Program-made: the position numbers and the translations under genes
Shown: positions 23,908-36,876 of the stretch, in pieces
Layout of the letters: each line of letters opens with the position of its first letter
Position numbering within the stretch: position 1 is the first letter of the stretch
Assembly (NCBI GenBank): GCA_964036045.1
Contig: OZ038378.1
Span: 187,364,001-187,428,000, forward strand
DNA: 64,000 nt
Direction: 5' to 3'
Source of the DNA: Eutreptiella sp. 'Long Island Sound 2002'
Lineage: Eukaryota; Protista; Euglenida
The notes under the pieces: generated by a model
The model's input: only the letters and a program-made list of their open reading frames with translations
The model's database searches: none
What the model was told of the DNA's origin: nothing

Positions 23908-24499
23908 TGGATGCAGTGCGACGGAAAGTTGTTGGTTTCTTTACCCTGTTTACCCTACCTCAAACAGAAACACAGCGAGTGGTTTATTGCCCCACTCACC
24001 TGGTGGTCTGCAACCCAATTGTCATATGTCACACTGCTCATCAGCACCTCCAAATTTGATTGTGCTGTGAAGTGCTTTGTTGTTTTACGCTGGATACTCT
24101 GGCTGGGATTTCAGGAGACTTTTCAGGGCTCTGTGTTTTTGCCGCAAACAAAAAACTCTGGACGAGGCAACTCATGATATGGGTGACGGTCCTGGGACCC
24201 ATGTCATCAAGACGCACTGTCCACTCAGGCAGTTGGCCAGCAGTATATGTGCATGATATACTCCTGCCCCTCCCAAATTTCTGATGGTACTGTGCAAAGG
24301 CAAGGCAGACCATCTGCTTTGATTGCCAAGACAATACACTACAGTGTGGCCAAGTCGGTCAGGAGCATACAATGTGGGTGATGTTGCGGAGGGTCCGTGG
24401 TTGCCCACTTTTACATGCTGCTGACTAGAAACATGCGCCATTTTGTACCCCCTCGCTGCAGCTTGGCCGCTGCCACCGCAACCTGTCCGAATCATCTGG

Positions 24500-24509
24500 T
24501 TTTTGTCAG
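24500..24509 (+). promoter_or_regulatory. Candidate 3' splice acceptor (trans-splice or 5'-UTR intron) 11 nt upstream of the ATG
   Basis: TTTTGTCAG|GCAAATCTCTG-ATG. The same 11-nt AG-to-ATG spacing occurs in the paralogue. Confidence 0.5.
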
Positions 24510-24520
24510 GCAAATCTCTG

Positions 24521-27361
24521 ATGTTCGACCCCGCCACATGGGAGGACGGGGGTGCGCTGCTGTCCGCAAGAACCCCAAGGCTGTACACCACCGGGGACGT
24601 GAGCCCGGAGGGCATGGGTCGAAGGTGGTGGGTGCTGCTCACCACTGCCGCGGTGGCATTCGCCTCCGGTCTGGTTTGCACTCTCTTTGTCCTTGTCGCT
24701 GCACCGGAATACTACGCACATGCCTCAACGGAGCTCCACATCAGGCCACCCTCGCAGGCGTTCCCACGGCCGCCGGCTGCTGCTCGTGCTCCAAGAGCGC
24801 CGCGCGTGCCCCTGTGGGCTGCACAACATCCCGCTGGGTCTGCAAAGCCGGCAGCGTCCCCCATGCAGCCTACAAAAACGGCAGATGCCGAGGAGGCGCT
24901 GCAAGCCGCAAGTGCAGCCCTTGAGAAAGCCCTCGACAAGGCGGAAGTGATTCTGAGGTATATTCTGAGCGATGACGCCAAGGACATGGACTTGCAGAAG
25001 GCCCAGAAGGCTGCGCAGATAATCGGGGATCTGGTGGATAAGCGCAGGAAGGCAGCCAAAGGGGCGGCGGACCCTGCGAAGGCCCTCGCGCTTGTGGAGC
25101 ACGCGGAGAGAGAGCAGGCTCTCGTGAACGCCGTCGTGGCCGCAATGCTCTCGAAGCAGGACGCCGAGAACGCCCGTCCGCCCTCCAAGCGCAACGAGCA
25201 GCCCCCGTCCCGGGGCTCCATGCCTCGTGTTGAGGGCGCTGCCCAGCCCTTGCCATCGGTGGCCGCCAGCTCCGCGCCCCGCAACGCACGCGCGACCCCG
25301 GCCAAGCCGCCCGCGCCGAAGGAGGACCCAGACGATCCGCAGGAGGCGCTCAATGCCGCCGTTGCGACCCTCCACAAGGCCCTGGAGCGGGCCGAAGTGA
25401 TCCTCATGTACTTCCTGAAGGAGGAGGCCCGGGACATGACGCTGGAGAAGGCGGAGAAGGTGCTGGAGGCGGTCGGCGCCCTTGTGGCCACCCGCCGGGC
25501 GGCCGCCAGAACGGCGGCCGACCCCGCGCCAGCCCTGGCGCTCGTGGAGCACGCGGAGAAGGAGCAGGTCGTTGTGCGCGACCTCGTGTCGGCCTTGGTC
25601 CGGAAGCAGGAGGCCGAGACGGCCCTGGCCGCTGCGGGCCGCGCCGCGCAGGGCCCGCCCGCCGGGTCCGGGCCCGCGCCGGCGGGTGTGCCGTCGACGC
25701 AGCTGGACGACCCGCACGAGGCACTGAAGGCGGCGGACGCGGCCCTGGACGGGGCCCTGGACAAGGCCGAGGTGGTGCTCGTGTGGGTGCTGGGGCCCGA
25801 CGCCGAGGACATGAGCCTGGCGAAGGCCCAGAAGGCGCTGACCGCCATCGACAATCTGCTGGAGAAGCGCTGGGAAGTGGCCGAGGCGGCGGCGGACCCC
25901 GTCCAACCTCTCGCCCTCGTGGAGCAGGCGCAGAAGAAGCAGCTGCTGCTGCGCAACGTCGTGGCCGCGATGCTGCTGAGGGAGGACGCGGCGCGGGCCC
26001 TGGGTCGCCCCGTGCGCCGGGCCGCGCGGGTGCCCCCCCCGGGGGCCGAGGCCGCGCCCCGGCCCGCCACGAACCTGGAGGACCCCCGGGAGGCGCTCGA
26101 GGCCGCGGATGCGGCCCTGCAGAGGGCCCTGGGCAAGGCTGAGGTGGTGCTGACGTGGGTGCTGGGGCCGGACGCCCGCGACATGAGCCTGGCGAAGGCG
26201 CGGAGGGTCCTGCACGTGATCGACGATTTGGTCACGAAGCGCAAGGAGGCGGTCCAGGTGGCGGCAGACCCGGTCCAGGCCCGTGCCCTCGTGAAGAAGG
26301 CGGAGAAGAAGCAGCTGGTGGTGAGCAACGTCGTGTCCGCGATGCTGCTGAAGCAGGAGGCCGAGCAGGCCCTTGGGGCCTCTGGTGCTGCACAGCCATC
26401 GCCGCCTGCGACACCAGTTACCGCCGCCCCCCGGCCGGCGTCGACGCCTGCACCGAGGGACTCCCTCCACACCGACCTGGCTGACCCCGAGGAGGCACTC
26501 CAAGCGGCGAACGTGGCCCTGGACAAAGCCCTGGACAAAGCGCAGGCGACCCTCATGTTCCTTCTCGGCCGCGACGCCCAGGACATGAGCATCGAGAAGG
26601 CGGAGAGGGCCCTGAAGCTGATGGCCGACAAGGTGCAGCAGCGCAAGGAGGCCGCCAAAGCGGCGCCAGACCCTGTTCAAGCGCTGGCACTAGTGGAGAA
26701 GGAGGAGAAGCAGCAGCAGCTTGTGCAGAAGGTCGTGTCAGCGATGGTGTTGCGGAAGGATTCTGAGCAGGCTCTTGGTGTCTCCGCCGTGGCCGTGCCA
26801 TCGTCGGCAGCCAAGTCGGCAAAGGGTTTGTCCCCCACTAACCTGGACGACCCTGAGGAGGCACTGACCGCCGCGTCCGCGGCCCTTGACCAAGCCCTTG
26901 ACAAGGCAGACGTGATTCTGAATTGGGTGCTCGGCGCTGAGGCGCGGGGCATGACCCTTGAGAAGGCGCGGACGGCCTTGGCAGAGATGGAGAACTTGGT
27001 GGGCCGGCGCAAGCGCGCGGCCCAGTACGCGGCAGACCCTGCGCTGGCTCTTGCGCTGGTGGAGAAGGCAGAGCAGAAGCAGCTTCTCGTGGAGAACGTC
27101 GTTGCGGCAATGGTTTTGAAGGAGGACGCGGGGCGCGCCCTGGGTCGCTCGAAGGGGACCGCACGGCCATCGTTGTCTGCCGGGTCCGAGGCGGCGCCTC
27201 CATCTGCCGCGAAGGCAGCGCTGTCTTCGACGGAATCATCGCCTGCGCTGGGGCCAGACCAGTCGTCCAGCGAATCACCCACGCCGCAGTGGCTGCTGGT
27301 GCTGGTGAATATAGCTCTGCTCGGCCTACTTGTGTGTCTGTGCGTGTCGTGCCTGCAGTAA
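24521..27361 (+). CDS. Intronless 946-aa protein: N-terminal hydrophobic segment, six ~96-aa helical repeats, C-terminal TM segment; function unknown
   Basis: Long open frame with strong GC3 bias. Six DDP.EAL.AA.AALDKALDKAEV.L...DM.L.KA...DP..ALALVE.AE.KQ.LV.NVV.AM units. Start placed at MFDP (24521) by alignment with the paralogue N-terminus. Ends QWLLVLVNIALLGLLVCLCVSCLQ-TAA. Confidence 0.9.
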   Translation: MFDPATWEDGGALLSARTPRLYTTGDVSPEGMGRRWWVLLTTAAVAFASGLVCTLFVLVAAPEYYAHASTELHIRPPSQAFPRPPAAARAPRAPRVPLWAAQHPAGSAKPAASPMQPTKTADAEEALQAASAALEKALDKAEVILRYILSDDAKDMDLQKAQKAAQIIGDLVDKRRKAAKGAADPAKALALVEHAEREQALVNAVVAAMLSKQDAENARPPSKRNEQPPSRGSMPRVEGAAQPLPSVAASSAPRNARATPAKPPAPKEDPDDPQEALNAAVATLHKALERAEVILMYFLKEEARDMTLEKAEKVLEAVGALVATRRAAARTAADPAPALALVEHAEKEQVVVRDLVSALVRKQEAETALAAAGRAAQGPPAGSGPAPAGVPSTQLDDPHEALKAADAALDGALDKAEVVLVWVLGPDAEDMSLAKAQKALTAIDNLLEKRWEVAEAAADPVQPLALVEQAQKKQLLLRNVVAAMLLREDAARALGRPVRRAARVPPPGAEAAPRPATNLEDPREALEAADAALQRALGKAEVVLTWVLGPDARDMSLAKARRVLHVIDDLVTKRKEAVQVAADPVQARALVKKAEKKQLVVSNVVSAMLLKQEAEQALGASGAAQPSPPATPVTAAPRPASTPAPRDSLHTDLADPEEALQAANVALDKALDKAQATLMFLLGRDAQDMSIEKAERALKLMADKVQQRKEAAKAAPDPVQALALVEKEEKQQQLVQKVVSAMVLRKDSEQALGVSAVAVPSSAAKSAKGLSPTNLDDPEEALTAASAALDQALDKADVILNWVLGAEARGMTLEKARTALAEMENLVGRRKRAAQYAADPALALALVEKAEQKQLLVENVVAAMVLKEDAGRALGRSKGTARPSLSAGSEAAPPSAAKAALSSTESSPALGPDQSSSESPTPQWLLVLVNIALLGLLVCLCVSCLQ

Positions 27362-29356
27362 TGCTGACCTATGACCTATTTGGGACTGGGGGGGGGGGCG
27401 TCTGCCTCCCACAGCGGGTGGGGGGGGGGGGTCCGGCATTTTCCCTCTCTTCTCAACGCAAACGCAAAGTAGGAGTTGCGCTGTTCAGCCTGGCGCCAGC
27501 ATTTGTGCATATCGCTGCCGAAAATCGCCTCTCATGGTGATCTGCTACTGCCGGGAACCATCCGCCGCTCTTGTTGGCACTGTCCTTTTTGTTGGCACTG
27601 GCGCGTGCCCTCGTACTGTCAGAACACGGGTTTTTTTGTAGTACGCTGTGCTGGAGGGCCGGACGCTGCTGTGCACTGTTGTTTAGAAAGGTACCCAGAA
27701 CAGGCTGAACACTCCTACGCTCTACGCGCCGTGTTGCTGCTCTGCGTGTTTCGCTCCCGCGTGTGTGGCCTGACCCAGTTTCCGCACACGCTGCCGGACC
27801 TGCAAGAGGTTCCGTGAAGTGTCCATCAACGTGCAACGCTTGACCTTGCGGGCATGGGCTGCGCGCGAGCGAACCCCCCCCCCTTTCCCCGCCCCGGCTT
27901 CCACAGCGCTCGCGGTGGCTTACGATCCCGGTGAGGAAGTAGTCGGAAAAGAGGAAGGGTTTGGAAAAGGGAAGGTTGTGCTTTTCTCTGGGGCACTGGA
28001 GGGGGGTGGCTGGGGCGGCATCCCTGTGGGGAACCGATGTGTGATACCTGTCATAAATCCAACAATGCGGTGAAAGCTGCTGAAAGGATGCGAATCAGCA
28101 TTGAGGTGGTGGAAGGCTTGTGGATCGTCGAAGTTGGGTCAGAGTTCTTGGGAATGCTACACCCAAGTGTTGGGAGTGACATCAGCAAACTGGACAGGAT
28201 GAAAGCAATACCCAAAGGTCACAGAACGCCTCCAACCCGAAGACTTGACGCACCACATGCAGACAGTGCAGACATGTAGACCGTATATGCCACAACACAC
28301 CCCGGCAGGGAGAGGCATGCACCCACGGCCTGAGCCCCAGGGGAAAGCCGAGAGCAGTACCCCCCCGAGCCCCAGGCAAGGAACGCCACACGGTCGGATG
28401 GCGCCAAGTGCCGCCGAACCGGCGGGGGCTGCAATAGGGCCACGGCTGCAGGCGTGCAGAGAGACAACACTTCGATTGCTTCTTCTACCGCCGCACAGAA
28501 GCAGTCGCAGCTGCAGAAATATTGAAGATCTCAAGCTTTTCGCTTTTTCTGGGGACAAAACGTGGTCACGCGTGCCCAAGCACAGGTACTCTCACATACG
28601 GCCTGTGCTCACCGCGGGGTAATACACACGGCCTAGCTCACTAAGCTGCACTCGTTTGCACAATGGGACTCCAAAGCCCTCTGCACCGCAAGCGTGCAGT
28701 ACCGCAGGCATTCCAGTGCAGTGCTTACGGAGGCACTGGCAACGTGTTGGTCCGGGCAGGCGCTGGGGCAGAGAGATATGAAGATGTGGCTTTGCGCTCG
28801 GGCTTTGCATTTGCGGAGTCCGAGCCTGCAAGGCAGAAGGGAATTACGGCACTGCTTTCGCACTGATCATTTGAGCCGGGATCTACCCTCCAAATTGCCT
28901 CAAGCCCAACTTGACCCAACTTTGCCCATCTGCAATGCTGGAAGACACGCTGTATGGGAAGCCCCCGTGCCATGCCGCTATCTGGGGCGGCAGAGGCACC
29001 ATCAGGAGTTCCGTGGGCCCGGTGTGCTGCTTTTCGGTGCTTTACAGTCAGCATTGGTATGCGTGTCTCCTCCTTCCGTGACGTGTGTGCGCGCGCGCGT
29101 TGTGTGTCTGACTGACTGACCGACCGACTCGAACTGCTCAGGAACAGTCCCAACCTGCTGCGGCTGAACCGTGTGGGACGAACTCCCCGCATTTCTTTCC
29201 CTGGCAGAAAGGCGCCATGTCATCATCCATGACTGCATGACATCGTTTCCGCCCTCACCGGGGGCTTGGCAGCTGCCAGACGAGATCGCTCCTGCAACCA
29301 GCGCCCGCGTCTTCTGCTTCTGTTGGTACCAAAGCGTGATCGTCTCCTGTCACTCC

Positions 29357-29474
<118 letters not shown>

Positions 29475-29645
29475 CGTGCGTGTGGCCGAAGGCGCTGTTA
29501 CACAAAGGCTGTGGCCGGGATGTCGTACCCGCAGGAAGAGGTAGACGGTTGGGCCCTGGACCTAAACCCTGAGGTACCCTGCGGCCCGGAGTGGTAGCGG
29601 TGCGAGGTCTGTCCCTGTGTTGACCTGTTTGCCCTCGTGGCAGCA

Positions 29646-29946
<301 letters not shown>

Positions 29947-32167
29947 CTCTGCAACCCATGAACCTGGGCATCCGATTCAGGGGAGGTCCGTGCATTCATT
30001 TCAGGCCACCCGCACCGAACACCGCCAGCCCTTTAGCCCTCTTCAGGCGGTTTCCAAACAGCTCCCGAGTTGTCTGTCTGGCCCCTTTGCTGCATTTGAC
30101 CGACGTGAATCAGATTATTGCGGAGCACGAGAGCACGCAACCCGTGCGTCATAGGGTAGCGGCGCTTCGGACAGCTGATCCAATACAGCATTTGGTGATG
30201 GGCCTGCAGGGTGGGGAGAAGAACATGATGGCCCTCACTGGCCCCTCATGCTTTCGATACCTCGAAATCTGACCTCCTCAGAATTGTTGTCTGAAGCTTT
30301 ATGATGGACCCAGCCCAGAGTACTGTGCTTTGCCGAGGCAAACAAACTAACACCATGGCCTCGTGCCAGCCCCCCTCCCCCAACTGCGAGAGCAACACCC
30401 TTGTCAGAGCAACAGTAGACTTTGTTTCCGCCACCTTTGGAACCGTGTCCTACTTTGCCCTTTATGAATAGCCCCCCTTGTCAGAGCAACGGTAGGTGTT
30501 GTTGCCGTCAAGTCTTGGGACTTTGGTGTTCCTGTCGCAAGGGATGGGGTTGCCTTACATGCACACGTGTGCACCTGGACGCCATCGCGCATCATACCGC
30601 CTGTGCATGTAGGCACCATCGTTTACCATACCTGTGTGTGCACCCATACGCCGCGTAAGGGGTGGGGGAGCATGCCAAAAAAAAAAGCCCAATTTTGCAT
30701 GATTTTGCATAACGGGGCTTGGGGCATAATTTGCACAATTATGCAACTCCGAACCTGGCGTTGGTTCCATGGTTGGCAGTTTGCTGTTGTGCGTGTTCCC
30801 TTTTGTCACTGCTGTTTGCTCTTTTCAACAACGGACAAAAATTTTGAAGCCACCGATTGTCGCGCAGCTACCATCAGATGAGCTTGACGATGACGACGTT
30901 CCTGAGTTTGATGATGGTGGCAGTGGGTAGTGGCACATTATTGGACCAGTCATATTTCTGAGCCCAGGGTGTTGTGCATTGCTTTGCCTCTTCTCTGCAT
31001 TTTTTTCTTATATATTTTTCTTGCAGAATTTTTGCATACCCTTTCATGGCCTAATTGGAGGCACCGATTTGCATGAATGTCCCACACCCCTGGGCCATGA
31101 CGCATCATACCGCCTGCATTTAGACGCTTTCCTTACCATAGCCTGTGTGCACTTAGACGCCACCACTTGCCATACGCCACCACTTGCCATACCGTGTGTA
31201 CACTTGAACACCATCATTACACTCGTTGTTTGTGCAGACTGCTGTGCGCACCACTTGAATATTACATCATATTTACATCACTGGACAATGAAGTGTTTGC
31301 CCAGTGCAGGAAGAACTTCAATGAGGCTACATCACAACTCATGCAGCAGTCATCTGATTTTGACATTGAAAAGAAGTGCATCTCCTCTGCCACAAAATTG
31401 CGTTGCGCTCTTCCAATAGACACACATTGCCCTTTTCCAACAGAATTGCATTGCATTCTAATGGAGTTGCCCTGCCCTCTTCCAAGAGTACCTCTTCCAG
31501 CTGACCGTTGCAGGAGGTATTGTCCGCCTCTTGCTTTCCTGCTGGTGCCGTCTTCACAGTGCTCTCCGCCCTCCCAGGGCAAGGGCATTTGATTGATGCC
31601 CTAACCTCTGGTTGAGGGCTGAGAGGCAGCTATTATGCTTTTGCTATTGAATAACCTTATGAAGGAATCAAAAAAGCCACGTGCACATTTCAATGCCTCT
31701 CGTTCTCTTTGGGCCATATATCCGGCACAGCAGTGCTCAGCTGTGAGTCCGTCCGGCCTTGGCTGCAATGCCCATACACTAAATATATCTCAAGAACATT
31801 TCCTTCTCATCCTAGCAGGGCTCACTGACACAATGCAAGTTTTTTACAAACAGCAGCAACCGGTGCTGTTGTTTTTACACAGTGACTTTTTAAGCTCTGT
31901 TTTGGTTCTGTCCTGTTTTGCTCTTAGCCGGCGTTCCAACGACGGGCCTCACAGTGGTTGGCGGTTCAGGAGGTGGGTGATGGTTGGTGGTAATTGATAG
32001 CGCTCGCCGATGTCCCCTTAGTTCTTTGTATCTTTCCCTCGCGCTAAATCACTGGTCACAAACTCCCTCGTCCACTGGACACTCGGTGTGACACCACTAA
32101 TCGCGTGTTTCCGCACAACTGTTTGTATCAGCACTCGAAATTTCACAAAATAAGACAGTTCCAAAGG

Positions 32168-32282
32168 GGGAGCGTTAGCGCGCTGGCCATCCTTTTTGAC
32201 CCATGCCCCCCAGCTGACCTTTTAGGGGGTGCACTGAGTGCAGTGCGCGCGCAGTGCAACTATTTGGACGTCTAGCCATCCT
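32168..32282 (+). repeat. Dispersed repeat, copy 1 (direct copy at ~35020-35135)
   Basis: GGGAGCGTTAGCGCGC...TTTTTGACC...GACCTTTTAGGGGGTGCACT...GCGCAGTGCAACTATTTGG is shared by both copies. Confidence 0.75.
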
Positions 32283-35019
32283 GGAACCCCATACTTTGTG
32301 GTACTTGGGCATTATTGTTGTTTGAAAACGGGTATTTTGATGCTTCTTTCACATTGGGGATATGGTATATTTGGATTCTCACCCAGTTTCACCCATTTTC
32401 ATCCATTTTTTGCTCGTTTCCACCACATCCACTCCTTACTAGGTTGATTTCTCCCCACCATGGGGACCCTGAGAAGGCAGGGGTAATGTAGCCAATGCTG
32501 AGTTTGCGCTTCGTTCTTGCGACATGAGGGAGCAAAATCTATGGGAAAGGTAAAGGCAAAGTACCGTCAAATGACCGCTGGCCACAATGCTGGTAACAGG
32601 CATATGTGGTATCCGATCGCCGTCAAAAGTCTGGAGCGCCATTCCCATTTGAATTCACCGCTATTGCCTGATTATGCAACGTCCTTTGTAGGGAAGGTGT
32701 GCAGTGCAACGTGGTCTACTTGGGGAGCTTCTCCATGAGAGGGTAAGTCTGGGGCTGAAGTCGGAATTGTTAATAGAAAAGTAGTGCGCTGGGCAAACGT
32801 TCCCCCAAACAGCATTAATCACGATCATGCGAGGCTCTGTCAGTCGTTCTTCATCTGCTGCTAGAGACAGCAGTGCGATGTCCAACCACACTTGCGCACA
32901 CACCCCACACGGCATCACACTGCACGGTGTGCACGCGGTGGATACATTGCGGTTGTGCCAGAAACCCACACACACTTTTGGGGACAGTTATGGTGCATTT
33001 CAGAGACCTCCAAGGAAAAAGTTTTCAGGGCCTGTTGGGGTGTCCACTGGGCCTGGTTTTGGTCCAGACCCCTGCATGTTGTGCCCGCAGTGCCCGCACC
33101 GTGCACAAGTGGTGGAGACACTCCCTCAGTGAGGCCCTCAGTGCATTGCCTACTTCATACCCTACATTTCCTTTGACCTTCACACTCCAGGCATTTGCAG
33201 TGCTCCCACACGCACTAACGCAGGGTCCGATATTTCCACTGACATATTGGCTCTATCACACGATGCCTCTTTTGGGAAATAACCAGGCCACTCAGATGAT
33301 CCCAGGATCAAATTTCAGACATGCTATTTTTTTTGGATGGTGTTTTGTTGCCGGGGCTTGAGGGCTTGAAGGGGAGCGTGGCATGGTGTGGCACATGGCA
33401 CCATGGCAATGTGGAGGTAGGCAAAGGAAAACCAAAGAGTGTATTGCACGCAGTGAGGAGGAGGATGAGATGCAAGTTGAGAGGCAAGCACAAGCACAAA
33501 TAGGAGTGGAAAGATGAGCTCAAGGGCACTGCTCTGTGTACGCACAGGGGACACTTGGTGGAACAATCGTTACGAGTTAAACAAAAAAGATGAGCTCAAG
33601 GGACGAAGGAAAGCACAGCACCAAGGGAAGAGACATGAGAGCAGAGAGACACATTTCAGCACTGTGAAATACGAAATATTATTGAAATGCGATGAAATAT
33701 GAAATATTACACAACCAGTGTGGCCCATGATTGTTGCACTAGAGTGCTCACATGAAGACCTCACATGACAACCGCTCAACCGCTCAACAACTCTGGGCAA
33801 AACTGAAATCATCTTGAAGAGGGTTGTCAGATCAAGCGCAGGCACACGCACCAATTACCCTCCATGTAGAGTGTGGGGGGTGTTCCTGAAGCATACCCCT
33901 ATGTATGAAATTGGATGTTTCACACCTTGAAAATCCCAATTTTGGTAGACAAAATGATCCCCCAATGAATTCTTTTATTTTCACCCCTAAGGCGCTTGTA
34001 GCTGGGTACTAGTTTAATTTTTTTTTGGGGTTACACCTCTTGTAGCAACACATGTCCTTGGCGATACATGTTCTACAATCCACCCACTCCCACTCCCTCC
34101 ACTCCTCTCCACACCATGGGGGCATCTTGTGTGCCGTATGCGCGCTGTGCACAAAGTTTCTACAGGACCATACCCAGGCAGCATTGTAGTGCCCAAGAGC
34201 AGTAACAATGAGCCTTGTCATGCATTCGTGCGAGTTGCTTGGCATGCTTTGCCTCCATTTCTGGTGCATTTGTGTGTGTTGTTGTGCATCCTTTCCTATA
34301 GTTTCATGGTATCTATCAAGAATTTGGATTTGGATTCCGAGTACCATTTATGCTGGTACATTCAAAGTAACCTGCATACTCCACGGCTTGTGGTGCCATT
34401 CCATCAATTTCTTTAAGTTTCACCCTTGAGACCATGGCTGGGGGTGAGGTGAAACATGAGGCCGTCCAACATTGTGGGGGTTGATATGGTCTATATCGGC
34501 AAGAATATTGCCAATTGTAGCAAAATCCCCCCTTGGCTTGGCCTAGCACCACACTTGATATTGCCACACCTCCCTCAACGCGCCCAGGTCAAGCCCGCCA
34601 TGGCACAACTCACGAACCTACAACACCCTAGCCGCAATGAATTTCGAGGACAAACTTTTACAAAGGACCATCACTTGTCACCATCTGCACCCTGTAGGTG
34701 GTCTCTGCTTACCCCAAGATTGCCCCAGGCTCGCCTTCACCTCGATTTGGGGTGACCTTGGGCACCCTCTGGTCCTAGCCTCCATGCTCCTATGCTTGGC
34801 CCTCTGCACCTCCCTACAGCATCTCAATCTCAAACTCTTATGTGAATTTAGAGCTTCCATTTGCTTGGCCTCTTTTTAGCACGGGGTGGGGGCGACTCCG
34901 CGGGTCCTAGGACGCCGACCCCCCCCCCCCCCCCAAGGGGCCTCCGGCCAACAGTTAGTTGTCAAAGGTACTAGCCCAAGGAGCTGATGGGTGCCGAAGG
35001 CGCCAATTGTACACAAGGA

Positions 35020-35135
35020 GGGAGCGTTAGCGCGCAGGGCAACTTTTTTGACCAGTGCCCCACCGATGACCTTTTAGGGGGTGCACTAAGGGGGCGCACT
35101 GAGCGCAGTGCAACTATTTGGGCGTCTGGCCGTAC
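35020..35135 (+). repeat. Dispersed repeat, copy 2 (direct copy of 32168-32282)
   Basis: Same motif order as copy 1, with substitutions and a small indel. Confidence 0.75.
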
Positions 35136-36876
35136 CAGAGACCCATACTAGGGGAGATACTAGGGGCATCATTGTTGCCCCTAGCGTAGGTTTTGACTTC
35201 CGATTTTGTCCCCTTGTTTGGGGACCCCCGAGGCTGCGGAGGTTTAGCTACTTTCATCAAACTGTTCATGCCATGAGCGCCAGACTCTGCAAGATGAGCC
35301 CCCCCCCCCGATGCCCCCCTGGCGCTCCTCCCAGAACCCCCCCTCCTAGCCCCCCCCCCCCCCCTCCCCCCCCCAAGGGGCCTCCGCCCAACAGTTAGTT
35401 GGGTGTAGTTGGCGTCCAGAACTGAGGGGTCCCCCCCCCCCCGTGCTGTTTAGACACCACAATATGGATGGATGAGGCTGTGGACGCTGAGGTTCTCTTT
35501 TGATGTTTAGGATTTCTGGGTTGTTCCCAAATGGGCAAACCGCGGCACATATATTGAGGATGTGTATGGTGTTGTGTTGTAGGATGCGGATGAGGATGAG
35601 GATAGTGGTGATGAGGATTTGGATCATCTCGCGTTGTAGGTCACAGGTGTGGGTAGGTGTAGGTGCAACCAGCCAATGTCCAAAGGCTCCAACCCAGCCT
35701 CACCCGATTCCTTTAACCTAGCCCCATTCCTCTCTGTCCTCTAACCCCATTCCTTGCCTTGAGTTTAGATATGATGATGGTTCAGCGGTCATGAGGGTAT
35801 GCTGCATGAGTGGATAGTTGTGGGGTTTCAAGTTGGCGTGGCCTAATTTTGAGGGTGTTTGGAAAGGGTGTGCATGGGGCTCTTCACGAGGTTATTTAGT
35901 CTAAAAGTAGTGCACGGTGCGCGCCATGCAAGGGTTCCCCCTATGTTTGTGGGAAGGAGGGGTGGATACACAATTTTTGTTGACAAAGCGGTTGCTATCC
36001 TGAGGTGCTATTTTGGGAGGGGGTGCAAATGAGAACATTTAGGTGTACTAGCTGCAAAAGTACTGTGTAGTGCATTTGATGAGCCTCCTCCCTATTTCTT
36101 GTGCCAATGACGCAGGCTACAACATCTTCGACGACGGTAACAGTGCACTCCACAGGCCTCCAAGGGACAGCATCTTTGGGGGCTGTGAGGGCAGACCACT
36201 GACCCTAGTTTTGGGTGAAAAGGGCCGTACTGTGCAGCCTAGGTGGGAGGATGGGTGGTGCAACGTGACAGAAGGGGGGCAGGTGGAGCAGAGAGGTGAG
36301 GTAGAGCGAGGGTCCGTCCTAACCAGCCAGCCTTGCCCAAGGATATGGATATTGAGGCTTATGTGTGCGCCCTTTGCCCTTTGGAGGAGCCAGCTTGGTG
36401 GTGTGCCTATGTGGCCCCCCAAAGCTAGCGCCGCAACCCGGGAGTCCTCCCATGCAGGTTCCTAGGGCAAGGAAGTGCTCTGTTCACCCTGGGACCCCTC
36501 CTACTGCTTTGGGTGTGCAAGTGGGATGGCAGACCTAGCAAATGTGGCAACACCACGTGCCGCATGCCTGGGCTGCCCCTGTGCCTTATCAGTCGTGGGG
36601 TGGCTTGGTAGCATGTCTTTGTGACATGGAGGCTGCATAGCCCTGGCCCATTTCTCCCCTGGTGGGCTCGTGGGCTCAACGTAAGCCTCCCCACGGGGCC
36701 TAGAGCTACCCCGCCCCCCTGCACACAGGCACCATGATGGCGTACCCCGCACACCGGCGCTACGCTGTGGTCCTTGGGGGCTGTCCCACTCCACTCGGCC
36801 TTGGAACCGGACAGCCAAGATTTGGGACCAGTGCTGCACAGGGACAGAAGCGCAGGCAATTCCCACCCGTATTGTA

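Noticed and set aside
24060-24284. LDTLAGISGDFSGLCV, resembling the RT motif LL.EF..FSGL.VN
   Set aside because: A single short eroded motif; possibly a LINE scrap but not supportable.
24443-24520. Track start of the 972-aa ORF
   Set aside because: It is a non-ATG start; the paralogue aligns from MFDP (24521) and an acceptor-like AG lies in between.
24712-26680. 648- and 651-aa minus-strand ORFs
   Set aside because: Antisense shadows of the GC3-rich + strand repeat gene.
32168-35135. Direct repeats 2.85 kb apart as LTRs of a retrotransposon
   Set aside because: No TG...CA ends, PBS, PPT or gag/pol remnants between them, and related motifs occur elsewhere in the window.
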